A stretch of DNA of 64,000 nucleotides, taken from contig CAVZMH010000022.1 of NCBI GenBank assembly GCA_963776345.1, positions 288,001 through 352,000 of the forward strand. The letters run 5' to 3'. Below the pieces are notes generated by a model. That model was not told the origin of the DNA, did no database searches, and saw only the letters and a program-made list of their open reading frames with translations. Positions 39,660 to 49,964 of this stretch are shown piece after piece; the stretch's first letter is position 1; the number at the start of each line of letters is the position of its first letter. This DNA comes from an uncultured delta proteobacterium (lineage in GTDB: Bacteria; Myxococcota; Myxococcia; Myxococcales; Myxococcaceae). The position numbers and the translations under genes are program-made.

Positions 39660-40474
39660 AGCTTGCGCACCGCCGCGAGCACGGTCGGGTCGAGCGGCAT
39701 GAAGCGGACCATCCGGATGCCGTCGAGCGCGCTGGCCCCGGCGGGATCGGCCGGGAGCGACAGGAGCGCCTTCTCCAGCGTGGCCCAGCGAGCGGACCCC
39801 AGCCGCTTGCCCACCGTCGACACCACCGCCGCCGGCAGCGGCTCCGAGCGGGCCAGCACCTCGAGCTCGGCGGCGAAGGGAAGCGTCGGCAGGGCGTCCC
39901 CCTGGGCGCCGTCGAGGAGCACCGCCACGTCCTCGCCCTTGACCACCCGGCGCAGCGCGGAGAGCACCTGCGCCGTCTCCGTCACCCTGGTGGACTCGGG
40001 CAGACGCCACGCCGCGCCGAGCACGCCGCGCACGAACCCGGGCGCGTAACCGGCGATGGAGAACACCGTCATGCCGGCCAGGTCCGCGGGCCTGGCGACG
40101 CGCCCCTTCTTCGCCACCAGCGTCCACCGCTCGCTGGGACCGAGCCCCTTCTGCTCCACCAGGAGCCGCGGCGTCAGCCCGAGCGCGGTGCCGTGCTGCA
40201 CGAGGAAGGGCAGCGGCACCAGCGCCACCCCTGCCTCGCGGATGCGGGTGAGGCCCTCCTTCTCGGTGGGCACGTAGGCGGCCACCACCTGCCCCGGGGC
40301 CCAGCTGGCCAGCCTGGTCACCGCGGAGGCGAAGGCGTCCATCGAGGGCTGGGCCTCCTCGGTGGTGCCTGGATAGCCGGGGGCGCAGGCGACGAAGGTC
40401 ACCGGCGGGTCGGCGGCTGCCTGCACCGGGGTGGCCGCGAGGGCAGTGGCCAGGGCAACGATCGCAGTGCGCAT
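39656..40474 (-). CDS. PhnD-like periplasmic substrate-binding protein, BstB-like
   Basis: Signal peptide ending VQAA; CAPGYPG, LVAKKG...ADLAG, ALRRV.KGEDVAVLLD, SEPLP typical of type II binding proteins; no ABC permease or ATPase nearby. Confidence 0.7.
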   Translation of the reverse strand: MRTAIVALATALAATPVQAAADPPVTFVACAPGYPGTTEEAQPSMDAFASAVTRLASWAPGQVVAAYVPTEKEGLTRIREAGVALVPLPFLVQHGTALGLTPRLLVEQKGLGPSERWTLVAKKGRVARPADLAGMTVFSIAGYAPGFVRGVLGAAWRLPESTRVTETAQVLSALRRVVKGEDVAVLLDGAQGDALPTLPFAAELEVLARSEPLPAAVVSTVGKRLGSARWATLEKALLSLPADPAGASALDGIRMVRFMPLDPTVLAAVRKL

Positions 40475-40510
40475 GGATCGACTCTACCCCGGTGCTACCG
40501 TGAGCCCGGC

Positions 40511-42788
40511 GTGACTTCCCGCTCCCGCCTCGAGCGCATCTTCGCCCGCATCGTGGCGCTGCGCGTCCCCATCCTGCTCCTCTTCGCCGCTGCTCGTCCC
40601 GGCGGCGGCCGTCCTGGCCATGCGCATCCCCTCGGAGGGAGCCATCTCCGGGCTGGTCATGCGCGACGACCCCGACTGGCTGGCCACCCGCGACTTCCAG
40701 AAGGTCTTCCCCGAGGGGCAGTTCGTGCTGCTGCTGCTCGAGTCGAGCGACCCCTTCCAGCCGGCGGCGCTGGTCGACGCCGACGCGCTGGCGGCGGCGC
40801 TCACCAGGGTGCCCGAGCTGACGGTCGTCTCCGCAGTGGACACCTGGCGGCGCGCCCACCCCGGCTTCGCGCCGACGCCCGAGGGAGCCGAGGCGCTCCG
40901 CCGCTTCGCCACCGGCACCAAGCTCCTGCGCAAGCAGGGGCTGGTCGGCGACCGGTTCCTCGGACTGGTCGTCGGCTTCCCGTCGAAGGGCGCCAGGGCG
41001 CGCGACGGGTGGCTTGCGGCGATCGACCGGGCGGCAGCCACCACGCCGTTCACCGCGGTGACCCAAGTCCGCAAGGTGGGCGCCCCCTACGTGGAGTCCT
41101 GGATCGAGCGGGAGTCGGGGCAGGCGTCGGTCCGCTGGTTCCCGGTCTTTGGCCTGCTGGTGGTCGGGCTGGCGCTCTTCCTCTACCGCTCGGTCCGCTC
41201 GCTGCTGGCGATCCTCGCGGCGCTCGGCACCGCGGTGGCGCTGGCGATGGGGGCGGGCCAGCTGCTCGGCTTCTCCTTCACCGTGGTCTCGGCGGTGGTG
41301 CCGCTCACCGTGATGGTCACGGCGCTGGCGTCGCTGGTCTACCTGCACTCCCGCTTCGTGGACCAGCCGGAGGGCGTGCCCGTCGACGAGCACCAGCTCC
41401 ACGCCCTGGCCAACAAGTTCCTGCCGGTGACCGCCTCCAGCGTGGCTGCGGTGCTGGGTTTCGCCGCGCTGGCGGTGTCGCGCATCCGCCCCATTCGCGA
41501 GATGGGGCTATGGACGGCCGCCGGCCTCGCCATCGGCTGGGTGGTGGCATTCACGCTCTTCCCGGCGCTGCAGAAGCTGCTGCGCACCCCGACCGGCCGC
41601 ACGGTCCCCATCCGCTCCGCGCTCTACGACCGGGTGGCCGAGGGAATCCCCGGCTTCACCTTTCGCTGGCGTTGGCCGCTCCTGGTCGCCTCGCTGACCC
41701 TCTCGGCGGCCGGTCTGGTGGCGCTGTTCGGCATTCCCGGGCGGCTGCCGCCGATGAGGCTGGGCGTCGACTCGCTCGACTACGTCGACCCGGGCCTGCC
41801 GATCCACCGCGACATGGTCTTCTTCCGCGAGCACGTCTCCGGGCTGAACGCCGTCCGGGTCTGGGTCAAGACGGCTCCCGGCGCGGCCGTCGACCCGGAG
41901 GTGCTGCGCGGGCTGGACCGGCTCACCACCAGGGTGGAGGCGCTGCCCGCGGTGTCCTCGGTGGTGGGTCCGACCACGTTCCTGCGCATGCGACGCGCCC
42001 TGGCGGGCCAGGGGGAGGAGCTGCCGCAGGACCCGGCCACCTTCGCCCGGCTGGCCGGCGACGTGGAGCAGCTCCTCCTCAGCCAGCCCGAGCTGCGCGG
42101 CTTCGTCGACGTGGGGACGCTCTCCAACGCCCAGCTCACGGTGCTGCTCGCTCGGGGTACGGAGGCCGACTACCAGGCGCTGGCCCGCGACCTGCGCCGG
42201 GTCTGGGACGAGGTGGTGGCCGGCGACCCCGCCTTCCAGGGCGCCAGCATGCAGGTGGTGGGCGAGTCGATCCTTCAGGCCAAGGTGGGCGCCAGCCTGG
42301 TGCCGACGCTGACCGAGAGCTTCAGTCTCACCGCGGCTCTGATCTTCGCTGCCTTCCTGGTGGTCTTCCGCAGCGCCTCGGCACGGCTGATGGCGATGAT
42401 CCCCTCGGTCTTCGCCATCCTGGTCACCTTCCTCGGAATGCGGCTGCTGGGAGGCTCGCTCAACGTGGCCACCATCCTCATCGCCACCACCGTGCTCGGC
42501 ACGACCGAGAACGACCAGATCCACTTCTTCCACCACCTGCACGAGGGGGAGGGCGCGGGCGGCCTCGACGGGGCGATGCGCCACGCGCTGCGGGTCTCCG
42601 GGCGGGCCATCGTCTTCGCCACCCTGATCAACGCCGCCGGGTTCCTGGGCCTGGCCTTCTCCAGCTTCCCGCCGCTGCGTCAGTTCGGCCTGGTGACCTC
42701 GGCCGCGTTCCTGCTCGCGATGCTCGCCGACTTCACGGCGCTGCCGGGTTCGCTGTGGCTGGTGCGGCGGGAGCGGCCTCTCCGGTAG
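40511..42788 (+). CDS. MMPL/RND-family transporter, BstA-like; frameshift near 40589
   Basis: Two repeats of periplasmic loop plus TM bundle; PIREMG and PPLRQFG motifs; first TM segment starts at GTG 40511 in another frame and joins after a 1-nt correction. Confidence 0.85.
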
Positions 42789-43923
42789 CGGGCGCGGGGC
42801 GGGAGATCTGGAGGTAGACGGCCTCCAGCTTGGCGACGGAGGCCTCGAGCGTCAGCCCCCGGGCGGCGGCCAGGCTCGCCTGGCGTGCCGCGGCCAGTCG
42901 ATCCGGGTGGTCGATCAGGAAGTCGATCCTGCGGGCCAGCTCCTCGGCGTCGCCGGCGGGGAAACGAAACTCGTCGCCGATCGCCAGCCGGCTCGCGGCG
43001 CTCAGCGGCGCCTCGGCGACCAGCGTCGGGAGGCCGGTGCCGAGCGCCTCGAGCAGCGCCATCCCCTCGAGCTCGACCTCGGCGGCGTGGACCAGGAGAT
43101 CCGCGGAGCGCATCAACGCCGGCATCTCCTCCTCCTCGACGACGCGGATCTCCGCCGGAAGCGGCAGGGTGGCCGACAGGCGCCGCAGCCGGTCCTCCTC
43201 CGGCCCATGTCCGCAGAGGACCAGCTGGATGCGGGCGGCGTGGCGCGAGCGGCGCACCGCCTCGATGATCACCTCGATCCGCTTCTCCCTCGCCAGTCGC
43301 GAGACCGAGAGCACCAGGAACCGGTCGCGGGAGCGCGCCTCGCGCTCGGCCGGCCCGGGACGGAACTGCGGCGGGATCCCGTTGGAGATGATGGTCGCGG
43401 GGACGGTGAGGCCGTGGCGCCGCAGCTGGTCGAGGCCGAAGGCGGTGGGGGACACCACGTGATCGGCGCGGCCGTACAGGGCGGAGATGAAGAAGCGCCA
43501 GGTCCGGTCCACCCACCACTGGGAGTGGACGCCGATGTTGTGGAGCATGTTCTCCGGAAGGAGGTGCGAGGCCGCCACCACCGGCGTCCCCAGCCGGCGC
43601 GCCAGGGTGGTGGCCCGGATGCCGAGCCAGAAGGGGAACTGGACGTGGAGCACGTCGGCGCGTCGCAGCACCGGCTCGAGCACCCGGCGCGAGGGCCAGG
43701 CGAAGATGAAGCCCATCTCCCGCATCACCCGGCCGAAGGGCGGGATGGTGAAGCGTGGCAGCCCGACGCGCCCGTCGCTGCTCTGTCCGCCGGCGATGAC
43801 GGTCACCTCGTGGCGCTCTCGCAGCGCCGCGACGAAGCGCTGCGCGGAGATGACGCCGCCGGTCTTCACGCCGTCGAAGGTGTCGATGGCGTAAGCGATG
43901 TGCAAACGGCGGGGCGTCGGCAT
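42733..43923 (-). CDS. GT4 glycosyltransferase
   Basis: DTF....GGVIS, ISNGI, VSRLAREKRI, ELEGMALLEA; 3' end overlaps the MMPL gene by 56 bp. Confidence 0.88.
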   Translation of the reverse strand: MPTPRRLHIAYAIDTFDGVKTGGVISAQRFVAALRERHEVTVIAGGQSSDGRVGLPRFTIPPFGRVMREMGFIFAWPSRRVLEPVLRRADVLHVQFPFWLGIRATTLARRLGTPVVAASHLLPENMLHNIGVHSQWWVDRTWRFFISALYGRADHVVSPTAFGLDQLRRHGLTVPATIISNGIPPQFRPGPAEREARSRDRFLVLSVSRLAREKRIEVIIEAVRRSRHAARIQLVLCGHGPEEDRLRRLSATLPLPAEIRVVEEEEMPALMRSADLLVHAAEVELEGMALLEALGTGLPTLVAEAPLSAASRLAIGDEFRFPAGDAEELARRIDFLIDHPDRLAAARQASLAAARGLTLEASVAKLEAVYLQISRPAPATGEAAPAAPATANPAAP

Positions 43924-44066
43924 GGCGGCTGACTATAGCCGCGCGTCCGCCGGGCTGGCCGGGAGTGTCAGCTCCGCGGGTCCCTCATCCAGGTGCGCGG
44001 CCGCTCTCACGTACCCTGGCACCCGGGCAAGCCGCTACGCTGCACTCCTTCGAGGGAGCGTCTGCC

Positions 44067-46541
44067 ATGGGCGAGCCGAAGGATGGGGGCAGCGAGATGG
44101 GCATGGAGGACACCCTCCCGCTGCTGAAGCCGGAAGGCTTCGTGAACCCGGCCTCGCCCGAGGAGGCGCGCGCGACTCCGGGGGAGATTGGCCCCTACCG
44201 GCTCCTCGAACCGATCGGCGAGGGGGGAATGGGCGAGGTCTGGCTCGCCGAGCAGCTTCAGCCCGTCCGCCGCCGCGTGGCAGTCAAGCTGATCAAGGCC
44301 GGCCTTGACACCCGGCAGGTCATCGCCCGCTTCGAGTCCGAGCGCCAAACCCTGGCGCTCCTGGACCATCCCGCCATCGCCCGGGTCATCGACGCAGGGA
44401 GCACGGCCGAAGGCCGGCCGTACTTCGTGATGGAATACGTGGACGGAGTCCGGCTCAACCTCTACTGCGACACGCACCGGCTCTCGACCCGTGAGCGGCT
44501 GGAGCTGTTCTGCCAGGTCTGCGACGCCGTTCAGTACGCCCACCAGAAGGCGATCATTCACCGCGACCTGAAGCCCTCGAACATCCTGGTCAGCGAGATC
44601 GACGGCAGGCCGCAGCCGAAGATCATCGACTTCGGCATCGCCAAGGCCGCGAGCGGCCAGCAGCTCACCGGCCATACCTTCCTCACCGAGGTGGGAGCGA
44701 TGCTCGGAACACCCGAGTACATGAGCCCGGAGCAGGCGGACCCCGGTGGCCCGGAGGTGGACACCCGCACCGACGTCTACTCGCTCGGTGTCGTGCTCTA
44801 TGAGCTGCTGACCGGCGAGCTGCCCTTCCCGCCGGAGGAGCTCCGGAGCGGGAGCCGCGAGGAGCTGCGACGTCGAATTCGCGAGGTCGATCCTCCCCGG
44901 CCGAGCACCAAGGTGACCACGCTCGGAGCGCGAGCCTCCGACAATGCGGTGGCACGGAGCACCGAGATCGGCGGACTCGCCCGGATACTCCGGGGAGACC
45001 TCGACGCCATCATCCTCAAGGCGCTGGAAAAGGATCGTGCGCGGCGGTACGGCACCGCCTCGGAGCTCGCGGCGGACATCCAGCGGCACCTCCGACACGA
45101 GCCCGTGCTGGCGCGGGCGCCGAGCGCCTCCTACCGGGTGGCGCGCTACGTCCGGCGTCACCGGGTCGGCGTGGCCATCGCCGCCGGGCTGGTCCTGCTC
45201 CTGCTCGGATTCGCCACCAGCACGGCAGTGCAGGCAAGACGGATCGCCCGCGAGCGAGATCGAGCGAATGCCGCGCTGGAGACCGCGCGCCGAGAGGCTG
45301 CTGCATCCCGACGGGTCACCGATTTCCTGACCGGCATGTTCAAGGTGTCGGACCCTAGCGAGGCGCGCGGAAACAGCATCACCGCCCGCGAGCTGCTCGA
45401 TCGCGCATCGAAGGACGTGGAGACGGGGCTGGCGGGGGACCCGGAGCTCCAGGCCAGGATGATGGACACCATGGGCGGGGTGTACGCCACCCTGGGACTC
45501 TACCCACGCGCGGTGGAGCTCCTGAAGCAGGCGGTCGCCGTCCGCACGCGCGTCCTCGGGGTGGATCACCCCGACACCCTCCGGTCGTCCAGCAAGCTCG
45601 GGACGACCTATACCCGCAGCGCCCGCTATCCCGAGGCCGAGCGCGTGCTCACCGACGCGCTCGAGCGCAGCCGACGGGTGAACGGGCCGGACCATCCGGA
45701 CACCCTGGGGATGCTCGGGAACCTCGGAGCCCTGGCCATGTTCCAGGGCAAGTTCGCACATGCCGAGGAGCTCGATCGCCAGGTCCTGGAAGGACGTCGC
45801 CGGGTGCTCGGGGCCGAGCATCCCGACACCCTCACCGCGATGAACAACCTGGCGCTGGTCGTGGCTGACCAGGGCCGTCTGGAGGAGGCGGAGCCGTTGC
45901 ACCGACAGGTCCTCGGGGTGCGAACGCGAGCGCTGGGAAGCGAGCATCCGGACACACTCGCCTCGATGAACAACCTGGGGTTGCTGCTCCGGAACCAGGG
46001 CCGGGCGGCGGAGGCCGAGGCGCTCTTCCGACAGACCGTCGAGATCCGGCTGCGGGTGCTGGGCCCGGAGCATCCCGATACCCTCGGCTCGGTCAGCAAT
46101 CTCGCCAACACGCTCATGGACCAGCACCGCGCGGCCGAAGCCGAGAAGCTCTACCGGGAGACGCTGGCCATCGAACAGCGGGTGCTGGGGCCGGACCACC
46201 CGAACACCTTCCTCGCCACCATGGGACTGGCCGCGGCCCTCACTGAGCAGGGACGCCGGAGGGAGGCGGAGGCGCTCGACCGCGCGCTCTGGAAGGCCCA
46301 GCAGCGCGTCCTCGGGCCGACGCATCCGCAGACCGCGATGACCGAGTACAACCTGGCCGGCCTCGCGGCGCTGGACGGAAGGATGCAGGAGGGTCTCGGC
46401 TTGCTCCGGGACTCGCTGGAGCACCACCTCCCGCCGTACATCGCACGGGAGATGGGGAACGATCCGGATCTCAAGGCCTTCCACGGAAACCAGCAGTTCG
46501 AGGCGCTGGTCGCGTCGGTGAAGAAGCGCGAGGCAAGGTGA
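44067..46541 (+). CDS. Membrane Ser/Thr protein kinase with TPR repeats
   Basis: IGEGGMGEV, VAVK, HRDLKPSN, DFG, GTPEYMSPEQ; TM helix; repeated RVLGPEHPDTL (kinesin-light-chain-type TPR). Confidence 0.93.
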   Translation: MGEPKDGGSEMGMEDTLPLLKPEGFVNPASPEEARATPGEIGPYRLLEPIGEGGMGEVWLAEQLQPVRRRVAVKLIKAGLDTRQVIARFESERQTLALLDHPAIARVIDAGSTAEGRPYFVMEYVDGVRLNLYCDTHRLSTRERLELFCQVCDAVQYAHQKAIIHRDLKPSNILVSEIDGRPQPKIIDFGIAKAASGQQLTGHTFLTEVGAMLGTPEYMSPEQADPGGPEVDTRTDVYSLGVVLYELLTGELPFPPEELRSGSREELRRRIREVDPPRPSTKVTTLGARASDNAVARSTEIGGLARILRGDLDAIILKALEKDRARRYGTASELAADIQRHLRHEPVLARAPSASYRVARYVRRHRVGVAIAAGLVLLLLGFATSTAVQARRIARERDRANAALETARREAAASRRVTDFLTGMFKVSDPSEARGNSITARELLDRASKDVETGLAGDPELQARMMDTMGGVYATLGLYPRAVELLKQAVAVRTRVLGVDHPDTLRSSSKLGTTYTRSARYPEAERVLTDALERSRRVNGPDHPDTLGMLGNLGALAMFQGKFAHAEELDRQVLEGRRRVLGAEHPDTLTAMNNLALVVADQGRLEEAEPLHRQVLGVRTRALGSEHPDTLASMNNLGLLLRNQGRAAEAEALFRQTVEIRLRVLGPEHPDTLGSVSNLANTLMDQHRAAEAEKLYRETLAIEQRVLGPDHPNTFLATMGLAAALTEQGRRREAEALDRALWKAQQRVLGPTHPQTAMTEYNLAGLAALDGRMQEGLGLLRDSLEHHLPPYIAREMGNDPDLKAFHGNQQFEALVASVKKREAR

Positions 46542-46562
46542 TGGTCGTAGGATGGCTGGAGG

Positions 46563-47162
46563 ATGCTCGTCGACGACTTTCTTCCGGTGTACGAGGTCTC
46601 GGATTCGGTGGCCACCACGGTCCAGGCCGACGTGGCGAGGACCTGGGACGCGCTGATGGCCGTCGACCTGATCGAGGTCGGGCGGCGCCACCCGCTGGTG
46701 GGCGTCCTCGGGGCGCTCCGGGCGCTGCCGGACCTCGCTGCTCACCTGCTGCACGGCGAAGCGCCTCCGGCAGCACCGAAGACCCTCAGGCTGCGTGATG
46801 CCGCGAGCCTGCCAGCCGACCAGGGAGGCTGGGTTCTTCTCGGGGAGAGGCCGCTCGAGGAGATCGCGATGGGGATGGTCGGCAAGCTCTGGCGACCGGT
46901 GATCGCGTTTACCAAGGTCAGCCCTGAGGACTTCCGCGACTTCAACGCGCCCGGGTGGGCGAAGACGGTGTACTCGCTGTCGGTGCGCGTCCTGGACGAG
47001 AGGCGAACCCTGCTCTCCGGAACGATGCGAACTGCCACCACCGACGATCAGGCTCGCCGGTGGTTCAGGCGGTACTGGACGCTCGGAGTGGGTTCCGGCG
47101 CGCACGTCCTGGTCAACGGCCTTCTCGACGTGACGCGCGAGATGGCGGAGCGATCCGGCTGA
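46563..47162 (+). CDS. Hypothetical protein (DUF2867-like)
   Basis: RBS GGAGG; LVDDFLPVYEV, GKLWRP, RRWFRRYW motifs. Confidence 0.65.
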   Translation: MLVDDFLPVYEVSDSVATTVQADVARTWDALMAVDLIEVGRRHPLVGVLGALRALPDLAAHLLHGEAPPAAPKTLRLRDAASLPADQGGWVLLGERPLEEIAMGMVGKLWRPVIAFTKVSPEDFRDFNAPGWAKTVYSLSVRVLDERRTLLSGTMRTATTDDQARRWFRRYWTLGVGSGAHVLVNGLLDVTREMAERSG

Positions 47163-47179
47163 ACCCGGGGCGCCGCGAG

Positions 47180-47989
47180 TCAGCGGCCTGCGACCAGCTC
47201 CACCATCTCGCGCCACCGCTCGAGCGCCGGCTTCCACTCGATGGAGTTGTGGGTCGCCCGCTCGTCCACCCACAGGCGCTTCTTCCCGGGGTAGGCCTCG
47301 AAGAGCGCCCGGCCGAGATCCGCGAAGGTGACCTCGTCGCGCCCGGCCACCAGGAACGCCACCGGGCCGCCGTAGCGCGGCAGCGCCAGGTCGGCTCGCC
47401 AGCCGTCGCGGAGGAATCCCCCGGGCACGAAGGGATAGTGCCGCCGGGCGACAGCGGGCACGCTCGCGAGCGGGGTCACGAGGAGGAGGCCCGTGACCTC
47501 GCCGGGCGACTCCGCGGCGGCGAGCGCCGCGACGGCCGAACCGAGGGACTCGCCGGCGAGCAGGACCGGGCCGGGGTTCGCCCGCCGGGCCTCGCGCACC
47601 GCCTCGAGGGCGGCGGCGAGGAGCGACGCCTGCGCCGGCGAGCCCGGGCGCGGGCCGTAACCGGGGTACTCGACGAGCACGACGTCGAGCGGCAGGTCCG
47701 GGCTCGCGCGCGCGAAGACGTCCACGAAGTACCCGCGGTCGAGCGCCGAGCCGGCGTTCCCGTGGAAGACGAGCAGCGTGCCGCGCGCGCCCGGCCTCGC
47801 CGCGCGCCAGCCCAGGAAGGTGCCCGCGGGCGCCCAGGCCTCGAGCCCGAGGGCAGCGGCGGGGCGGAGCGCACGCTCGAGGTCGTACCGGTCCGGGAAG
47901 TAGAGCAGCCGGCGCTGGCCGAGCCAGGCGAGCGCGATCGCGGCGATGAGCAGGGCCGCGACGGCCGCGAGGAGGCGGAGCGGGGACAC
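47180..47989 (-). CDS. Alpha/beta hydrolase with N-terminal membrane anchor
   Basis: QRRLLYFP, FHGNAG, EYPGYG, GESLG nucleophile elbow, GRDEV, THN. Confidence 0.88.
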   Translation of the reverse strand: MSPLRLLAAVAALLIAAIALAWLGQRRLLYFPDRYDLERALRPAAALGLEAWAPAGTFLGWRAARPGARGTLLVFHGNAGSALDRGYFVDVFARASPDLPLDVVLVEYPGYGPRPGSPAQASLLAAALEAVREARRANPGPVLLAGESLGSAVAALAAAESPGEVTGLLLVTPLASVPAVARRHYPFVPGGFLRDGWRADLALPRYGGPVAFLVAGRDEVTFADLGRALFEAYPGKKRLWVDERATHNSIEWKPALERWREMVELVAGR

Positions 47990-48069
47990 GGGGAGACGGT
48001 AGCGCCCGCTGGCGTCCGCCGTCGAACAGGCGAGACGTCTGCGGTGAGCAGGCCGCGCCGTGGCGGACG

Positions 48070-49152
48070 TCAGTAGACGCCGGGAATGACGCGGAACGGG
48101 ACGCGACGGCAGTATTCCGTCCAGAGCGCGCCGTACTTCCGCGCGCACCGGCGATCGTCGTCCGCCTGGCGGGGCAGGAGGAGCGCCACGTAGTAGAGCG
48201 GATAGAGCCAGGGCCACGGGTCGAGCGGCCACCCCAGGGCCAGCGTGAGCCCGATGGCCATCGAGATCTCGCCCAGGTAGTTGATGTGCCGCGAGAGCCC
48301 CCAGAAGCCGTTGCACAGGAGGCGATGCTCCCCGTCGGAGAGGGCCCGCGGCGCGAGCACGCCGAGGAGCTTCGCCTCGGGGTGGGTCTTGAAGAGGAAT
48401 TTTTGCAGATTCGCGCCGCGCGAGAGCGACCAGCCGACGAAGAACACCCCTGCGGCGAGGAGGAGCAGTGCGACCGGCGCGTGCGGGTCGGGCTGGCGCG
48501 CCACCGACCAGAGCCCGATGCAGTAGAAGTACGGATAGAAGGCCATGCAGCCCCAGCCGAGCTTGAAGCCCACGCGCTCGGCGACGAAGTCGTAGGTGTA
48601 GAGGTGCACCTCCTCGAAGAGGAGGTACTCGAGGACGAAGAAGGTGAACAGCGCGGCGTGGAGGATGACGCCCGGTGAGGCCTGCCCCGGGTGCGCCAGC
48701 GCCTGGTGCGCCGCGAACGACAGGACGTTGAGCTCGAGCTGCACCGCTCCGATCAGGTAGAGGAACATCTTGGCGTCGACCCGTGCGCCACGGCGGCCCG
48801 CCCCCCACTGCGGATTCTCGCGGCGGCCGAGATACAGGTCCGCGACGAAGGATCTTCCGGTCGGCGACGCGCCGAGGACGATGGCCAGGGTGAACAGCAG
48901 GCCGAGTGTGCAGGCGCCGGCGAGCCCCTCCCAGCGGTGCTCCCAGAAGAAGTCCCAGCCGATGACGCCCCGGTGCGCAGCGGCGGCGTAGAGCGCGAGC
49001 ACCACCAGCAGGACGGGGAGGCCGTTGAGGCGATAGCGCAGCGGCCTTCCGTCGGCGTCGCGCACGTACCCCGAGACATGGCGCGCCGGGACGATGATGT
49101 GGAGCGTGAACACCGCCGCGTAGACCATCCAGGGCGAGAAGAATCCGAGCAT
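48070..49152 (-). CDS. ERG4/ERG24-family sterol reductase-like membrane protein
   Basis: YRLNG, GRRENPQ, DAKMF, TYDFVAERVGFKLGWG, NLQKFLFK, LLCNGFWGLSRHINYLGE, DDRRCARKYG..W.EYCRRVP.RVIPGVY. Confidence 0.85.
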   Translation of the reverse strand: MLGFFSPWMVYAAVFTLHIIVPARHVSGYVRDADGRPLRYRLNGLPVLLVVLALYAAAAHRGVIGWDFFWEHRWEGLAGACTLGLLFTLAIVLGASPTGRSFVADLYLGRRENPQWGAGRRGARVDAKMFLYLIGAVQLELNVLSFAAHQALAHPGQASPGVILHAALFTFFVLEYLLFEEVHLYTYDFVAERVGFKLGWGCMAFYPYFYCIGLWSVARQPDPHAPVALLLLAAGVFFVGWSLSRGANLQKFLFKTHPEAKLLGVLAPRALSDGEHRLLCNGFWGLSRHINYLGEISMAIGLTLALGWPLDPWPWLYPLYYVALLLPRQADDDRRCARKYGALWTEYCRRVPFRVIPGVY

Positions 49153-49943
49153 CACTCGAGCCCCGACACCGACTTGCCCATGATCCCGATGGCGGTGGTC
49201 CGCGGCGCGAGGCGGCGCAGCACGAAGCTGGCGAGCTTGTTCACGCCGCCGGGAATCACCAGCGGCCTCCGTCCGAGCGCGGCGAGGGTCTGCTCGACGA
49301 CCTCGGAGGCGTCGAGCGTCCCCGGCGCCTCTTTCTTCAGGGCATTGGCGTACCCCGGCGTGCGGATCGCCCCGGCGCAGCTGGCGACGACGTCGACTCC
49401 CTTCGGCGCGAGCTCCGCCCACAGGCTCTCGCCGAGGACGGTGATGAAGGCCTTGCTCGCAGCGTAGGCGGCGAGCCTCGGCGAGCCCTGGAAGCCGGCG
49501 AGGGACGACATGAGGACCAGCGCTCCACGCCTCCGTGCGACCATCGCCGGCACCAGCCCGTGCACGAAGCGGAGTGGGCCGCGCACGTTCACGTCGACGA
49601 CGCGCAGCGCGTCCTCGAGCGGGCGGTCGAGGAGCGGTGCGACGAACGAGTAGGCGGCGTTGTAGACCGCCACCCCCACCTCCAGGTCCGAGCACACTTC
49701 GCCAAGGCGTGCGAAGGACGCTGCATCGGCGAGGTCGGAGGCGATGGGTCGAACGTCGACGCCATGGCGCGCGCGGAGATCCGCCGCCGTCGTCTCCAGC
49801 ACCTCCGCGCGCCGCGCCAGGAGCACCAGGCCCATGCCGCGCGCCGCGAGCGCCTCGGCAAATGCCGCACCTAGGCCCTCCGAGGCTCCGGCGACGACGG
49901 CCCAGCGGCCATAGCGTTCGACGAACGAACCGCGGAGGGGCAT
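49152..49943 (-). CDS. Short-chain dehydrogenase/reductase
   Basis: AGASEGLG, YNAA, MSS, YAASK; stop overlaps the start of the reductase. Confidence 0.92.
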   Translation of the reverse strand: MPLRGSFVERYGRWAVVAGASEGLGAAFAEALAARGMGLVLLARRAEVLETTAADLRARHGVDVRPIASDLADAASFARLGEVCSDLEVGVAVYNAAYSFVAPLLDRPLEDALRVVDVNVRGPLRFVHGLVPAMVARRRGALVLMSSLAGFQGSPRLAAYAASKAFITVLGESLWAELAPKGVDVVASCAGAIRTPGYANALKKEAPGTLDASEVVEQTLAALGRRPLVIPGGVNKLASFVLRRLAPRTTAIGIMGKSVSGLE

Positions 49944-49964
49944 GGGCTCGGAGCTTAGCCCCGA

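Noticed and set aside
39656..40474. Phosphonate ABC uptake system
   Set aside because: No phnC/phnE permease or ATPase is adjacent; the MMPL and lipoprotein context points to lipid trafficking instead.
45480..46330. 126-bp periodicity in the second kinase as a novel repeat
   Set aside because: Explained by ordinary 42-aa kinesin-light-chain-type TPR units.
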